Shown piece after piece: positions 28,368 through 42,888 of a DNA stretch of 64,000 bases (its first letter is position 1; the number at the start of each line of letters is the position of its first letter). The stretch is taken from NCBI GenBank assembly GCA_021613535.1, contig CP075496.1, positions 6,758,001 through 6,822,000 on the forward strand, given 5' to 3'. Both the position numbers and the translations under genes were made by a program. The notes below the pieces were generated by a model. That model worked only from the letters and a program-made list of their open reading frames with translations. It was not told where the DNA came from and did no database searches. The DNA is from Adineta vaga. Its lineage: Eukaryota; Animalia; Rotifera.

Positions 28368-28720
28368 TTCAATAATCTCTTTTGTTCGTACTGTTAGCTT
28401 TTCTTCTGTCTTCTATCCAAATGACATGTTTATTATTATTTATTCATATATAAGATGATTCATATTCCAAAATGTTTATATAGATGTCAGTAACTTCATA
28501 TCTGCATAGATATGTTGATACATTTTTCCACCAATGAATAACGTGAAAGTTTTTTTAGTTGTCTGATTGTGTCGTCGATGAAAAAAAAAATCTAAACTAT
28601 CTACATTCTTTCTATTTGCTTGTTCGTCTTCATGACAGATTGAGTGAATAAAATTTTACTATTATTTTCTTTTTCGTTTCTTGTTATGAATGAAGAATAA
28701 ACAAATATCATTCAATCGAT

Positions 28721-31700
28721 ATGTTCGATGGTAGGAAAAACTTTCGCTTCATCTTGTTTTTTAATAATAAAATGTAAAATTTCATTTTTCTTTTTATTCC
28801 ACTAGTTACTTCTTCAAACAAATCAACTATCGAAACACCAACTCGTTCAATGTCTCAAATACCCATTAATGAAAAACGACGAAATTATCGATTCTATGCA
28901 GGAGATCCGTATGAGTATTAGGAATATTGCAAAGAAGAGATCTATTTTGCTTCTGTTTTGTTTAGAGCTATCCATCCAGCCGAAAAACGTTTATATGCAA
29001 ATGGAGACTTTGAAGGAGTAAGTAAAGAGTCTTTATTTCTGAAATTATCAGATTTTATGAATACTTCTTTTTTTTCTTCTCTTAGACTCCACTTCATGTC
29101 TCTGGTGGTACAGATCCACGAAATCCAAATCGATTGGATCGATCATATCAAGACTTACCTGTACCAAAATTTAAGGTAAAACTATGATTAGTTTTTAGAA
29201 AGAATATTATTTGATTTTCTTTTTTAGTTGGATCGTTGTTGGGTCGGAGCTATACCAGCTAAAGAAGTAACTTTTCGAAATTTAAATGATAATATTACAA
29301 AAACATTTTTAACTGATATGTGTAAACGTTTTGGTGACATTGATGATTGTAAAATCTATTATGATCGACAAACAAAGAAACATCTTGGATTAGGAACAGT
29401 AAGACTGAACATGTCTATTCCGTTGATTTATTTCGATTTGTTACAAATTATTTAAGGTAATTTTTAAAACAACAAAAGCTGCTCGAGAATGTGTTAATGC
29501 ATTAAATATGACCACTAAAATGGGCAGTATGATCTCAGTTTCACTAGAAACATCTGGTCAAGAACGCACGAAACAATATGCCACAATAGTTCGAGCACAA
29601 GAACAAGAAAAAGCTGCTCAAGAGAAAGCTTTAGCTGCATCAGCAGCTGCTTCTCCTCCACCTTCCATAGATTTAACTTCAAATAGACAATTAGAAAAGT
29701 CTCATATATCAATGCAATTACCTGTCAATCATAAATTGACAAACAATTCTTCTCAGTCATCCAATTCATATGCATCTCGAGATCATCATCGACCTTCAAA
29801 ATGTTAGTAGTTTACAAAAATATTTCTACAAATCATTGCATAAAATTTCATTGAACAAACAGATTTATCTAAAAATATCTTTTCAACTTTTACGTCCAAA
29901 CGAAATGCTCAGCAGATGCATGAAAATCGTATGAGATATTATTCATATAAAAGTACTATTGCTCAATTGATTCATCATACTAGACGAAAAGATTTATTTA
30001 TCATTAGATATAAATTTTATCTCTTATTTAAAGTTTTATTAGGCTCGTTTTTTTCATAATTAATCATTGAAAATTTCTGCTTGTTGACGAATTTAAACAA
30101 CTTAAGATAGTAAATATAAATATTTTTCGTTTTAGTTCAATCCACATCAACGCGGTTTGATTCTCGAAGTCATCGCTCCGGCAATGATAATCCTGAGCAA
30201 TTTTCTTTTGATCCATACGGATCCTTTGGTAACAATAGTAATAATTATAAATCTTCATCACGTCGATCACATCATCGATCACATCATCGTCGTCCACACT
30301 CTCAACAACGACGACGAAGACGAAAAACTAGTAGTAGTGCAACATCATCAGCAAGTTCACGTTCTTCGTCATCGTCAACCTCATCTACAGCAAGTTCAAC
30401 ATCACGATCTCATTCCAGATCTTCATCGTCATCTTCTCGTTCAAGTTATTCATCTACACAAAGTCGAAATGAGAAATTAACAAATAATTCTCGAACGAAC
30501 AATTCTAAACAATTGAAAGATGATGAAGATCACCGTCCAAGTTTAGATGAACGTATAGCAGCCTTATTTCAACAACAACAACAACAAACTACTCATCCTT
30601 CCTCGATGCCAACTAAAACATATCATCGTCCATTACCCTTACCTAATATTCACCCGCCTACATCATTTCCTTATCCACCACCACCACCACCGTTATCTAC
30701 ACCAATGACCAATATTGTTGGTAGTCATCATCATCATCAACAATCCTATGGTGTTGTTAATAATTTCAATTTTTTCGGCAATTCATTTCCACCTGCATCA
30801 TTTTTGAATTCAACAGGTGGAACAAATTGGCAAGACATGTTTAAACAACCACCACCATCATCATCAGCAACAATGTCTACGAATGTTACAATGACAAATC
30901 AATCATACACATCATCCAATGGATTTCAACCACATCCAACGGATGGCGTCGATGAACGTGAAAGAAAAACGAATCATTTAACCAATGCTGTCAACAATAT
31001 TGTCACCGGAGAATTAATTGAAATCTTACGAAAAGATTTAGCCAAAAAACTTATTGAAACATTAGTTTATAAATCAATTGAAACTTGGTATGATATTGAA
31101 GAACGAAAAGATAAAATAAAAAAAATCAAATCAGCTGAAAGTTCAATAAATGATCAATCTACTACTAATGAACAGTCATCCACTCAATTGCATCATTCAA
31201 TTTCAAATCCATCTCTTGAACGCATACCAGATGATATATCTGGACCTATCGCACCAATGACAGCACCACCTTTCAGTTCATCGACATCATCAACAAATCT
31301 AGCAACATATTTTGAGCAAATGAAAGATAGTGCAGGATCATCTGTACGATCACAAATGCCAAAAATACCTTCATTTAAAGTACGAGAAAACTTCTCTTTT
31401 CAATCAGATGATCATTTGACCTTTTTCTTTTATTCATTTAGAAACGAACCATTCCAGATGAAAAACCAGTCATTCCACAAAAATCAGTAGCATCGAATGA
31501 GAAAAAGGAACCACGACAACAGCACCATCAATCGCGAAAAACAAGTCGAAAACGTATGCTTAAAGAAATGAACATTCTTTTTTTTGTAATCTCAAGAAAT
31601 GTTCATTTTCGTTTCAGGTTTAAGTTCGAGCAGTAGTGAATCCAATGAAACGCCGGAAAATGATGATAGTCAAAGTCGAGATTCAGTTTCAATGCTCGCT

Positions 31701-33662
31701 GAAGATACATCTTTGTCAGAAACCAAACCAGTCAGTCGAATTCCTGTTGAACCATCTACTCCCGAAGAAGAAGAAGATGGTGAAATTAAAGATGATGATC
31801 ATGACGAAGAAGAAATCAAAGAAAATAATATTTCAAATCAAGTTAATACTGAACCAACACCGCTACCCTCATCGCCAGTAATTAAACCACCATCGACACC
31901 GCCTCCTAAGAAAAGCAAAACCATTGTTAAACAACCGAAAAAATCTGGTGCACCTAAGAAAAGAAAGATCGATCATGTTAAAAGTGAACCAATACAAGAT
32001 CAAGATGAAGTCGATAATAGTACATTAGCAAAACGAAAAAAAAGGTATGCTTATTTATACAATAGACATATGATCACATACATTTTCATCATTCATTGTC
32101 TCACATATGTATACATGATGAGTAATTTTCAGTCATATTAACCTAATTTTCTTTTTCATTTTTTAGTGTACAAAGTCATCAACATGTAACATCGAACAAC
32201 CAAGCAGATAATCAATCAATTCAAACTTTTAACTTATTAGATAGTTTACCAGAACAAAAAGTACAATCATCTCCTAAATCATCATATAATCCATTTGCTT
32301 ACATTGAATTTGAACATGATTATGCTTTTATGACTAAACAACCAGTACTAGTGGCAAAACGATTAACTGTTGATGGTTTAAATGATATGGGTGTTCAAGC
32401 ACCAGTAATGATTCCAATTAAATTAAAATTTTCACCTCGTGAACATGATGCTGAAATGCGCATTATGTATGATCTTGATCATGGTGTTGATGAAGAGGAT
32501 ATGTTATATCTCAAACAAAGTTTTCAAAGGTATCTTGCGATAGAAATAAAATCGTCATCTAGTAAATATATAGAACACTAAGAAAATAATTTCTCATTCG
32601 ATTTCTTCGCTATAAGTGATCAAAACAATCAGAGAATCTTCTTTAACATATGAAAGCTGAAATTTGTGTAAGAAAATGACAAGTATCTAAGTTTTAGTAT
32701 TTTCGTTTTAGACTATCTGAAGAAGGGCATTCATGTACAACAAAAACACGATGGGTTGATCATCCACCAAGTCGCGATTCATCCTTTATTAAACAACCAT
32801 CACAACCACATCGAACTGGTTTGAGTTTATAACTATTTATATATTATTATTGAGTTTTTTTCTCGCTTTCAGGATGTGCTCGAACGGAAGGTTATTATAA
32901 AATAATAAAAGATGAAAAAATTAGTCCTGTAAAAACTACTGATTCGTCTCAAAGTACATCCATACTTCCACAAGCAATGCTCGATACAAATCGCACTACA
33001 ACTGGTGCACAAATGTCACGCGAACTTCGTAGTGAACATCGACGAAATTTATTAGCCTTAGGCGATGCTGAATTTGCTGATCATTTTAAATTTAGTCAAC
33101 TTAAAGTACTAACTATTCTATACTCTATATTTTATTCTAAACGAAACCTATTTTCTTTTCTTTCTTAGTTGAGAAAGAAACGTCTCCGATATGCTAAATC
33201 AGGTATTCATGCATGGGGTTTATTTGCTTGTGAACCTATTGCTATGGAAGATATGGTTATTGAATATGTTGGTGAAACCATTCGACAAAGTGTTGGTGAT
33301 CTACGTGAAAAACACTATGAATTAGAAGGAATGAATTCTAATTATATGTTTCGTGTCGATTCCGATACGATTGTTGATGCAACTAAATGTGGAAATCTTG
33401 CACGATTTATTAATCATAGTTGTGATGTAAGAGGAAATATTTATTTTCATGAAGAACAAAAGAATGTCTTTTTGTATTGTTACTTTAGCCGAATTGTTAT
33501 GCAAAAATAATTCCTGTCGAATCACAAAAGAAAATTGTTATCTATTCAAAACGTGATATTCGTCTTGGAGAAGAAATTACCTATGATTATAAATTTCCAC
33601 TGGAAGAACAAAAAATTCCGTGTCGTTGTGGTACACCAGTATGTCGTGGTTCATTGAATTAA
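28721..33662 (+). CDS. SETD1: Histone H3K4 methyltransferase SETD1/Set1, multi-exon
   Basis: [13 protein letters not shown] ([27 protein letters not shown]), WIN motif [62 protein letters not shown] and post-[16 protein letters not shown]. Confidence 0.97.
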
Positions 33663-34496
33663 TATGTTTACTTTGTACAGTTCTTTTCTTTCTTTGCGCT
33701 GTTACTCGAAAAAAAATTATAAATCTCTTTCGATGTCGAAAAGATGATTTCTCTGCTCGTTTCGTATGTTCTTCTTCTTCTTCTTGTTCGTCTTTAGACT
33801 ATCAGCGAGTTATCGTTATTGTCTTTCTTTTCTCACCCTGTGACCATTTTTCTTTTGTTCTATAAATAAAACATACATTGTTCATTGTTTCTTTTTTAGC
33901 TCTAGACTAGTAAACGAGACAGAGAAAGAAGAAAAACTAAGCAAATATGAATAACATCCAGAGTCTATATTTGTTTGTGTGTATCGAATACAATAACAAA
34001 AAAGTACCTTTATCCTTTCTCTATGTAATTTCTTGTCTGTCTATTTGTTTGTTTGTTTGTTTTTTTGAATATGATTGTGTGTACATATTCAGATATTTTC
34101 CGCGATGGATATAGAGATATTGAACGTGATCGATTGAAGAATAAAGGAAACATTAATTGTATGAATGATTTTCAAAAGAAAAATTTTCTTCCAAGATCTT
34201 TGGAGTTATAGTTTTCTAATACGCCAATATGTCATTACAAATTGAAAAAGTTCTAATGAATTTATAAGACTATGATGGAATAAAGTAGACATTTGTTCTG
34301 GTAAATACATTTCTTTGGATATAGATTAAAGTTTACTGGATGGTGCAATCATTACAATTGTACTTTGTTTAGTGTCTGTTCTGAATAGAAATAATTATAA
34401 CAATAAAAACAATTCTTTTATAAATGATATTTTATTTTGTTTTCTTTATTGATCAAAATGGTTCTAAATAGTTTAGGATAATTGTCAATCAAATTC

Positions 34497-35929
34497 TTAC
34501 AATGAATCCATAAAATCTTTTACAGCTTGCACTGTTTGGCCACATGCTTGTTCATAGATTCCTAATAAATCAAGATAAACTCTTAAATCTTTATTAAATA
34601 ACAGAGATATTACCTGGTAAACTGAAGAATGAATGAATAACATTTTTCACCAATACCAATTTTGTTTTAATTCCAGCTTGTTCAAGTTTTTTCTGATACG
34701 CTAACAAGAACAAATACAATATTTTCTATATTCGGAGAAGTTTCTTATTGTTTCTGTACATACCATAGCTATCATCTCGTAATGGATCTAGTTCTGCAAC
34801 AATGAATAAACAAGGTGGTATATCATCAAAGGAATCGTACAAAAGTACAGATGCACGAGGATTTTTCTTATCGTTAACATCACGTAATGCATTCGAAGTG
34901 AACCTGTCATAAAAAAACATCTTTCTTGACAATTCATGTACTGAAAAAAAAGGCAGGCAACTGACCAATCAAGTACTGTAGGTGTTAAAACATGTTCCGG
35001 ATTAGTGAATTCCTTATATGAATCTGTATTTGCAGCAAAATCAAATGCGCCATAAACAAGAACCTATTGATGAAGATTATTAAACATTCATAGCAAACAA
35101 TCAATCTCTACCTGAAAATCAAGCTTTTTGACTGTGTGACAAACGGATGCAGCGATCAATCCACCAGCACTATCGCCTGCAACACCAACTTTTGTATTTT
35201 CATTTCCACCTATATATCACAAATCAGTTAGGAATCAAATGATATTACAATCCTTACCATATGCTGTTTTATTTGCGAGGATATGTCGAGTGACTTCACA
35301 TGCATCGTCAAGCCAAATGGGAAATTTATTTTCAGGTGAAAGACGATATTCAACTGATATCCAAATCGATTTTGTTGCACTAAACATATCAGTACATCTA
35401 AATGATATAATAAGAGATGCGAATGTATACTCAGCAAGCATATTGACAATAGTTTGATGTGTCTTACGACTAGCAATTGACCATCCTAAATGATAATAAA
35501 TTAGAAGATAATGAAATGTCAACCAGTGAATCCATTCTATTTGTTACCTCCACCATGAAAAAAGACGACCATTTTATCTTTATTAACATCAGTTGGTGTA
35601 TAAATAGTGATCGGAATTTCTGAATATTGGAATTTGTAGTTTGGACATATATATTTCGAAACTTATAATTTTACCTGTATTGTCATCGATTTTAATTTGT
35701 CTTTCTTCTTCAATACCTTTAAATGTTCCAATTAACTTTTCATTGATTTTTGAATGTACATTTTCACTTCGTTCACGCATTGCTTGGACGGTGAAATTTT
35801 TTGGTGCTGGAAAGTTTTGTGCAATAAACAGAGCATAATTACGTGCTTCATCACCTAATCTTGGATCCCTAGGTAGAATATACAATTAGCCAAAATTTGC
35901 ATAAGTCAGTTGAAAAAAGAAACTAACAT
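34497..35929 (-). CDS. HSL-family (alpha/beta hydrolase 3) esterase, copy A, multi-exon
   Basis: FFHGG/GW oxyanion hole, SVEYRLSPE, GDSAGG nucleophile, ELDPLRDD and IHSFF. The start codon is split AT|G by intron 35927-35869. Confidence 0.93.
35176..35472. repeat. Near-identical 297-bp direct repeat with 37001-37297
   Basis: Manual alignment gives about 7 substitutions and no indels, across two introns. Confidence 0.92.
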
Positions 35930-36332
35930 TTAAAACAGAAAGGTAACGTTGCTTCAATGATATTTGAGAATGAAGATAAAAACAACCGACACAAAAACAA
36001 AATGATGACATTCGAGATGAAAGATAGATGGTTATATAGAATCGTATATTTTATTTTTCTCTTGCTTTTTACATTAGATAAAGAATGAAACGACAAAATT
36101 ACGCTCTCTATCCAGGTACAAAGAAATGTTTCATTGGATGTTACAATCTTTGAAGTTCTCGATGAATCTAAATAATGTTTTATAGTTTGACGAAGCATCT
36201 CTCAAAATACGAATCGTTTTTCTTAAAAATGAATAGAAATATTTATTGAAATTAAAATAATCTTCTTTTAATTCAATAGAATGTTATAAAAAAAAAACTT
36301 CTTCTTGTTTAATATTTTCAAGGAACTTGTCC

Positions 36333-37755
36333 TTATAAATTTGTCATGAATTCTTGAACAGCATCGATCGTTTGTTGACATGATTTAGCAAATATACCTA
36401 AATCAAAAGAATAGTCAAAAGAATGAAATTTTTATTCTGTTTTACCCGGCAAACTAAAATATGGATGGATAGCTCCTTTAATCAAGACAAGTTTCGTTTT
36501 TACCCCAGCTTTGTTAAGTACCTCTTCATAATCTGAATGATATACAATTAATTTCTTTTTCTAAAGTATTCATTTATTTCTTCTTACTATAACTATCATC
36601 ACGTAATGGATCAAGTTCAGCAACAATGACTAGACATGGCGGAATTGTATTCGGTATTTTATTATGTAAGACACTTATACGAGGATCTCTTCTCTCGTTT
36701 TCATTATTGTAAGCATTCGAGGAAAACCTATAAGAATTTTTGATAGATAATATGAAATTTTCATATCATTTTCTTTCTCTAAAAAAATACCAATTGCGCA
36801 CATCGGTAGTTAACACGAAAATAGGCTGATCAAATTCTTGATGCGATGGAAGTGTTCGAGTGTATTCAAATTGACCACAAATAAGAATCTATAAATATAA
36901 CAAATATATTATTCGTTTTAATCGCGTACTTTCTACTTGAAAATCAAGATTGTCGATGGTATGACAAACTGATGCAGCAGTCAATCCACCACCACTATCA
37001 CCTGCAACACCAACTTTTGTATTTTCATTTCCACCTATATACCATAAATCAGTTAGGAATCAAACGATATTACAATCCTTACCATATGCTGTTTTATTTG
37101 CGAGAATATGTCGAGTGACTTCACATGCATCGTCAAGCCAAATGGGAAATTTATTTTCAGGTGAAAGACGATATTCAACTGATATCCAAATCGATTTTGT
37201 TGCACTAAACATATCAATACATCTAAATGATATCATAAGAGAAGCGAATGTATACTCAGCAAGCATATTGACAATAGTTTGATGTGTCTTACGACTATTA
37301 ATTATCCATCCTAAATCATACATAATTTTTAATATCTTTAATCGTATACAAACGAACAGTAGATTTTTACTTACCTCCACCATGAAAAAAGACGACCATT
37401 TTATCTTTATTAACGTCAATTGGTGTATAGATTGTTACTGGTATGTCTAAAAACATAAAAAATAATCTCTATAAGTCAAATTTCATTCTCTTTACCTATA
37501 TTTCCTGAAATGCGAACTTTTTTTTCAATTTCTTGACCTTTAAATTTTCCAATGAGTTTTTCATTAACTTTCTTATGTAAATCTTCTGCTCTTTGACGTA
37601 TTCCTTCTATTGCCACACTATTTGGAGCAGGAAAACCAGTTCGCATAAATTGTGTATAAGCTCGTGATTCATCACTAAATCTTGGATCCCTAGAGTGAAA
37701 ATATTCCAATGACAACAATCATTCATCATCATTATTTAAACAATAACTTATACAT
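36333..37755 (-). CDS. HSL-family esterase, copy B (tandem paralog), multi-exon
   Basis: Same exon structure as copy A, with GDSGGG, ELDPLRDD and IHPYF. The start codon is split AT|G by intron 37753-37690. Confidence 0.93.
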
Positions 37756-39924
37756 TTACGTTCGTCTAATTGTCTCCAGAGATATATTGAATAAGAAAAA
37801 CTATACAGAAGAAAGAAACAAACAAATAAAGAATGATATTTATATGCATACAAATCATGATGTTTTCTCCTTCATCTATGAAATACGTAGTTTATATTTA
37901 AGTAAACAATGTCTGAATCATTAGTTGCATTTATGCATAGTACAAAATCAAACTTTTTTTCTCTTTGCAAGATCTTTGATCTCTGTGGGTGTACTGGTAA
38001 ATTTCTGATAAATAAATCTTCTAATCGAATAAAATGGTATAAACAAAAAAAAATCATGTCGATACATTAATTCAAACATAAAGAAGAATAAACCAGCAGT
38101 AGTCCTATTATAAATGTTTGATCTTGTTTCAGACACATAAGTTAACAAGATAAATAGTTTGAGAAGAAGATGACGATCAAGAGGAGAAGAAAAAAAAAGA
38201 ATCCGAGAAATTGTTCATACTCATCAATAACCGATCAATTATCATTGACAGAAGATCACGCGTGCATCGATTACATTTTTTTCAATTATATACCTGCCAT
38301 CTTCCATATGTGCTCTCACGCACACACTCATCGATCTCGTTTATTAACAGTCGATTTGGAAGGAAAGATGTAAAGAAAAAGAGTTGTCATTCTTTTGTAT
38401 TTTGATGCATCACATCAAATAGAAACGATTTGCAATGAGGCAGCACAGAAAAGAAAAGAAAAGAAGAAACCGCGACATCCATCTATCCATCGGAATGGAT
38501 TTATAATTTGTTCAAAGTGTTAATTGGTCTTCTATGCTTGTTCACATTTGCTTTTGTCTTTTGCCTATAAACTTCAATTGAGTATGTTGAATGACGAGAA
38601 GAAAAGTCATCTTGTTTAAACGACACATACTCATACAAACCATCTGGAGCCACTAAGTATTACAAGATGACAGACAGCAACAGCTACTATCAATGACTCG
38701 TTTTCTCATGTATTCAATGTTTGTCACTGATATTTGCCTCAAGCGACAAAAGAAGAAATAGCAATGAATATGACTGACGTGAACCCATCTTTATCACTGT
38801 GATTTTTTATGTTTCTCTCTTCAATTGATGATACTTGTTGATTACATGCTCATCAAATAGTGATTCGTTCTAATGTGTGCATACCTCCCTTCGTTCGTCT
38901 CTCATCATTCGAACCTAATTTTAATGTATGAGTGAGCAATAGAAATCATCGAGAGGATACAAAAGAAACCCATCGATCATGCTTGACGATGACGTCGAAC
39001 GTAAGAGCAAACAATCAGTATAGTTCTCTTCTTTCTTCTTTTTTTCTGTAGCTAAATAAGAGAGCGCTTGCACACAAGTGTATCCTGTTTGTGTTACGCG
39101 AATGGATGAATGAATAGATGACAAACGTAATAAAGAAAAAAAAATGCATGATCAAGCTCTTGTGATAATTATAGATATGCAAATGCGTGTCCATACACTT
39201 GAAGAAACCATATTTTCTCTTTTACTAAACTGAAATAACACCTTTTTTTTCATATCCAAATACTCATTGTTAATATGAAATAAAACGAGAAAAAAAGAAA
39301 ACGTTAAAATATTTGCTATGTCAATAAAACTTTAGTATAGCACTACCGGATTGATCAATACTCAATTGATATGATACCATGCTCTCTATGGTTCTAACAT
39401 TTGCTAGTGTCATTCCTTGATAGATATATGTAGATCAACGTATTCTGTTATGATTATCACCATTCTCTGACAGATGCCAACAGGCAGACAACACATACAT
39501 GTAACTGTATTATGAGATTCTTTCATTTGTTTGCTTGAGAAGTTGTATTGCTCGATTATTTTCACATCTTGTATCTCGCTTTCTTTTTCTTTTTTTATTG
39601 CTCGAACAACCAATTACTAAAGAGAAAGACGATGAAGACATACTCTCCGATTGGTGGTTGTATAAGTAATGATTTATTTTTCTTTTCCTTTTGTTTGCTC
39701 TCGTTACGTGTCGACAATGAGCTGCTAGAGGGTAGGAAAAAAGAATGTTGATAGTCGCAACTGGCGCAAGAAAAACTCAATCATCTATCATCAAGAGAAG
39801 CAGAGTTATGTCCTTCGGTGTATATGTATCTTTCTTCCTTTCTTCGCTTGAATGAATAAGTATATATGTATGCAAGAGTAAGTTTTTTTTTCTCTTTCGA
39901 TTATTGACCAATCAATAAACAGTA

Positions 39925-39948
39925 CTCTCTCTCTCTCTCTCTCTCTCT
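39925..39948. repeat. (CT)n/GA microsatellite upstream of the RNF220-like gene
   Basis: (ct)12 run. Similar GA-rich tracts occur at 15.1-16.2 kb and 62.7-63.6 kb. Confidence 0.85.
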
Positions 39949-40209
39949 TTTTTCTACTATGAACCAATTCTCTTATTAACCGAGAGAGAAAAAAACGAGA
40001 AATAGAGAGACATACAGAGAAAAATCTAGTGAACTACAAGAGAGAACTCAATCAGAGTAGAAGAGAGAAGTCAACTCTGTGTAACGACAGCGAGAAAAGA
40101 TAAACTTCGACAAGAGAGATAAGTTGATACACACAACTTAGTGCAAAAAAAACGAAGAAAAGATTATCATTTGATCATTTTTATATTATCTTCAAAATCA
40201 TAAAAGAAT

Positions 40210-42888
40210 ATGTATCATCCAGCAATGTGGCATCCTATGCAACCACTCGATATGGCTGCAGCATTTCGTTCTATACGACAAGCAGCCTCATCACCAAATT
40301 CAATTACAACTAGTCCGGAAAAAGCTTCTCTATCAGCTGCTATGGCTGCTTTCAATGCAGCCAATGGAGCTTTTTCCGTCAATACACTTCTCAATCAAAC
40401 ATCACCTGATCATCTACGTTTTCCTACAGCGCATCCATCGTTGACGGCTGCAGCTGCAGCACATCAACATCATCTATTTTCAACTTTGTTCCATCACTAT
40501 CCCTATGCAGCTGCATTTCGTCCTCTATTAAATGGTACAACATCAGGATTATTAACATCATCAACAAATTCCAATTCATCATTATCTTCTTCATCATCAT
40601 CAGAATCTTCTGCATTTGTTCCAACTGGTAAACGATTTAAAGCAAGTACACATGATGAAAATCATTCGGATATATCTCCATCAGAAAAAAGTAGTGATGA
40701 AAGTTTTGGTAAATATTCAGGTAAGAAACATCACCATCATCATTATTGCCCTAAAGATGACTTGTTCGGTTGATTTCACACATCTAACTGGGTGGGGTCA
40801 ATTAATTCATAGGCGAAGATAGAAACAAAAAAAATCAATTATCGTGTTCTGTTTATCCTAAACTCATACACTTGTTTCCTGCAATATAATCACAGTTTCA
40901 TGTGAAAATTACATCGGAATCAATGTCTCTTCATTTTCATATCTAACTGTGAGAATAATTTGCTATTACATGAATAACTAGTTTTATTTCGAGATCAAAC
41001 AAGATTCGAAGTGATGGATCGATATTTAATAGAATCAATAGGCAATACGCTTCTTTTTTCTTCTTCTGCGGATTAATCAATCACTTCAGGGCACAAAATC
41101 ACTCTTCACTTCTCTATTCTATTCTCTTTTTTTTTCTCCCTATTTACAGTCTTGTTGATACAACATCTATTTGTTGTACATCTCGACAGGTTGACTTCGA
41201 GGAAAATATTCAGCTGTATAATCAATTGCGAACGATGAGGCTATTTTGACATATGGTCTGATAGTGATCCATAAGTGAAAAAGAAGTCATAAAATAATCA
41301 AACTCTTCACTATGAGAAGAGTAATGAGACGGAATAGAATACCGGATGGAATAGACAGCGCGTTGTCTTTTCGCCTAATCTATCTCGATTGTTTTTTCTT
41401 TTTGTTTGTCGCAAGAATGTGTTGAATAGCTTGCTATAGACAATACAAGACGAAGAAAACAGAAACACCTTTTGTTGTCTCTCTAGAGAGTCGATGTCGA
41501 TCATCAACGTATGATTTACAAAATCCACAATGTCCAATTTGTCAAGTATCTCTAAATGGACAAGATTTAACTACACATATTCAACATGAACTTGATCATC
41601 TTGAACGTACAAGACAACAATCGAAATATACAACACGTCGTTCATCACATCTGACAAATAATCCAAGTAAAGTAAGTTCTCATCTGTTGTCTATAGACAT
41701 ATGAATCATTAGTTTTGACGATGTTTATCAGACAATAATCATTACTTATTCTAGATTCTTCAAGAAAATACAATTAATAATATCGATCAAACCTTTAAGA
41801 CACGTTATGAAGTAAATATACAAAAAGACAAGAGAATAAATATCTTTTTAATCAATTCCTATTCTTTAGACATTCATACGAGTAAGAACAAGTCGACAAC
41901 AACGATTAAATGGTAACTTATTCATCAAATAACATATCTTTCATAGAAGAAAAATTTTTATTTTAGCTAAATTACAATTACATAATCGTCGTATACATCG
42001 TAATGATACACGTAATTGTCCAATATGTTATCAAATAATTCCAGTAAATACAGATGAAGAATATTTCTTTACTCATGTTCAACAATGTTCAAGAAAAGTA
42101 TAAGACAAAGATTTCAATGATGAATTAATTGTTTTTCTTTTGTTTTCTAGAGAGAACAATTAGCAGCAAATGCTGCTCTCGCCGCCTTAGCCAATCAACA
42201 TCGATTACCACCTCCACCACCACCTCCTCCTTTGATTTTATCAACTAGCGAATCAACGCAAGGTAAGCAGATAGAAAGATTCTTTTGCTCGATAATATTT
42301 TAAAATTTTTCATTAATGTAAAGATGATCCAGATGTAAATGTTGTGGATATGGATGATAGTATCGAACGAGAAGATAATCATAGCAATCGTCTAAGTACC
42401 AATGAAACAACGAGTACAATTGATCATAGGTACTGAATAGGATGAATTTTATAGAGTAAAATTCGATGATTTTTTTTTCTTTCTTTTCCTAGTAGTGATG
42501 ATCGATGTCAAGAATCGTTTAACAGTGATCAAAGGTAAAGAAAAAACTTATTTATTCGTTAAAAATAAGAGAATTTCATTTAGATTTTCTCCATCAACAC
42601 AAAAAAGTGATATTTTATATTCATCAAATATAACGGAACTTGATCCTCCTAAATGTGTTGTTTGTATGGTGAGATTTGTAATATTTTGAATTCAATAAAT
42701 TCTCGTTTTTCTTTTTAATCTAGTAGGAATCGTGTGTAAAGCCGTGTGTTTCACTGACTTGTTGGCATATTAATTGTGAAGAATGTTGGTTAAAATATTT
42801 AAATGAAAAAAATCTTTGTCCACAATGTCATACAAAAACGAGTTCGAACAATCTTCGACGAATTTTCTTTAATAAAATATCGAAATAA
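40210..42888 (+). CDS. RNF220: E3 ubiquitin ligase RNF220-like, multi-exon
   Basis: SAFVPTGKR, PQCPICQVSL...HIQHELDHL, RYE/TFIRVRTSRQQRLN, and a C-terminal RING KCVVCM/ESCVKPCVSLTCWHINCEECWL...LCPQC...NLRRIF. Confidence 0.9.

Noticed and set aside
37870-40200. Short ORFs upstream of the RNF220-like gene
   Set aside because: Low complexity and on both strands. More simply explained as the extended regulatory region of a developmental gene.
42721-42726. Tandem TAGTAG acceptor whose first AG would insert a stop in the RING domain
   Set aside because: NAGNAG acceptors are common, and there is no evidence of regulated use.
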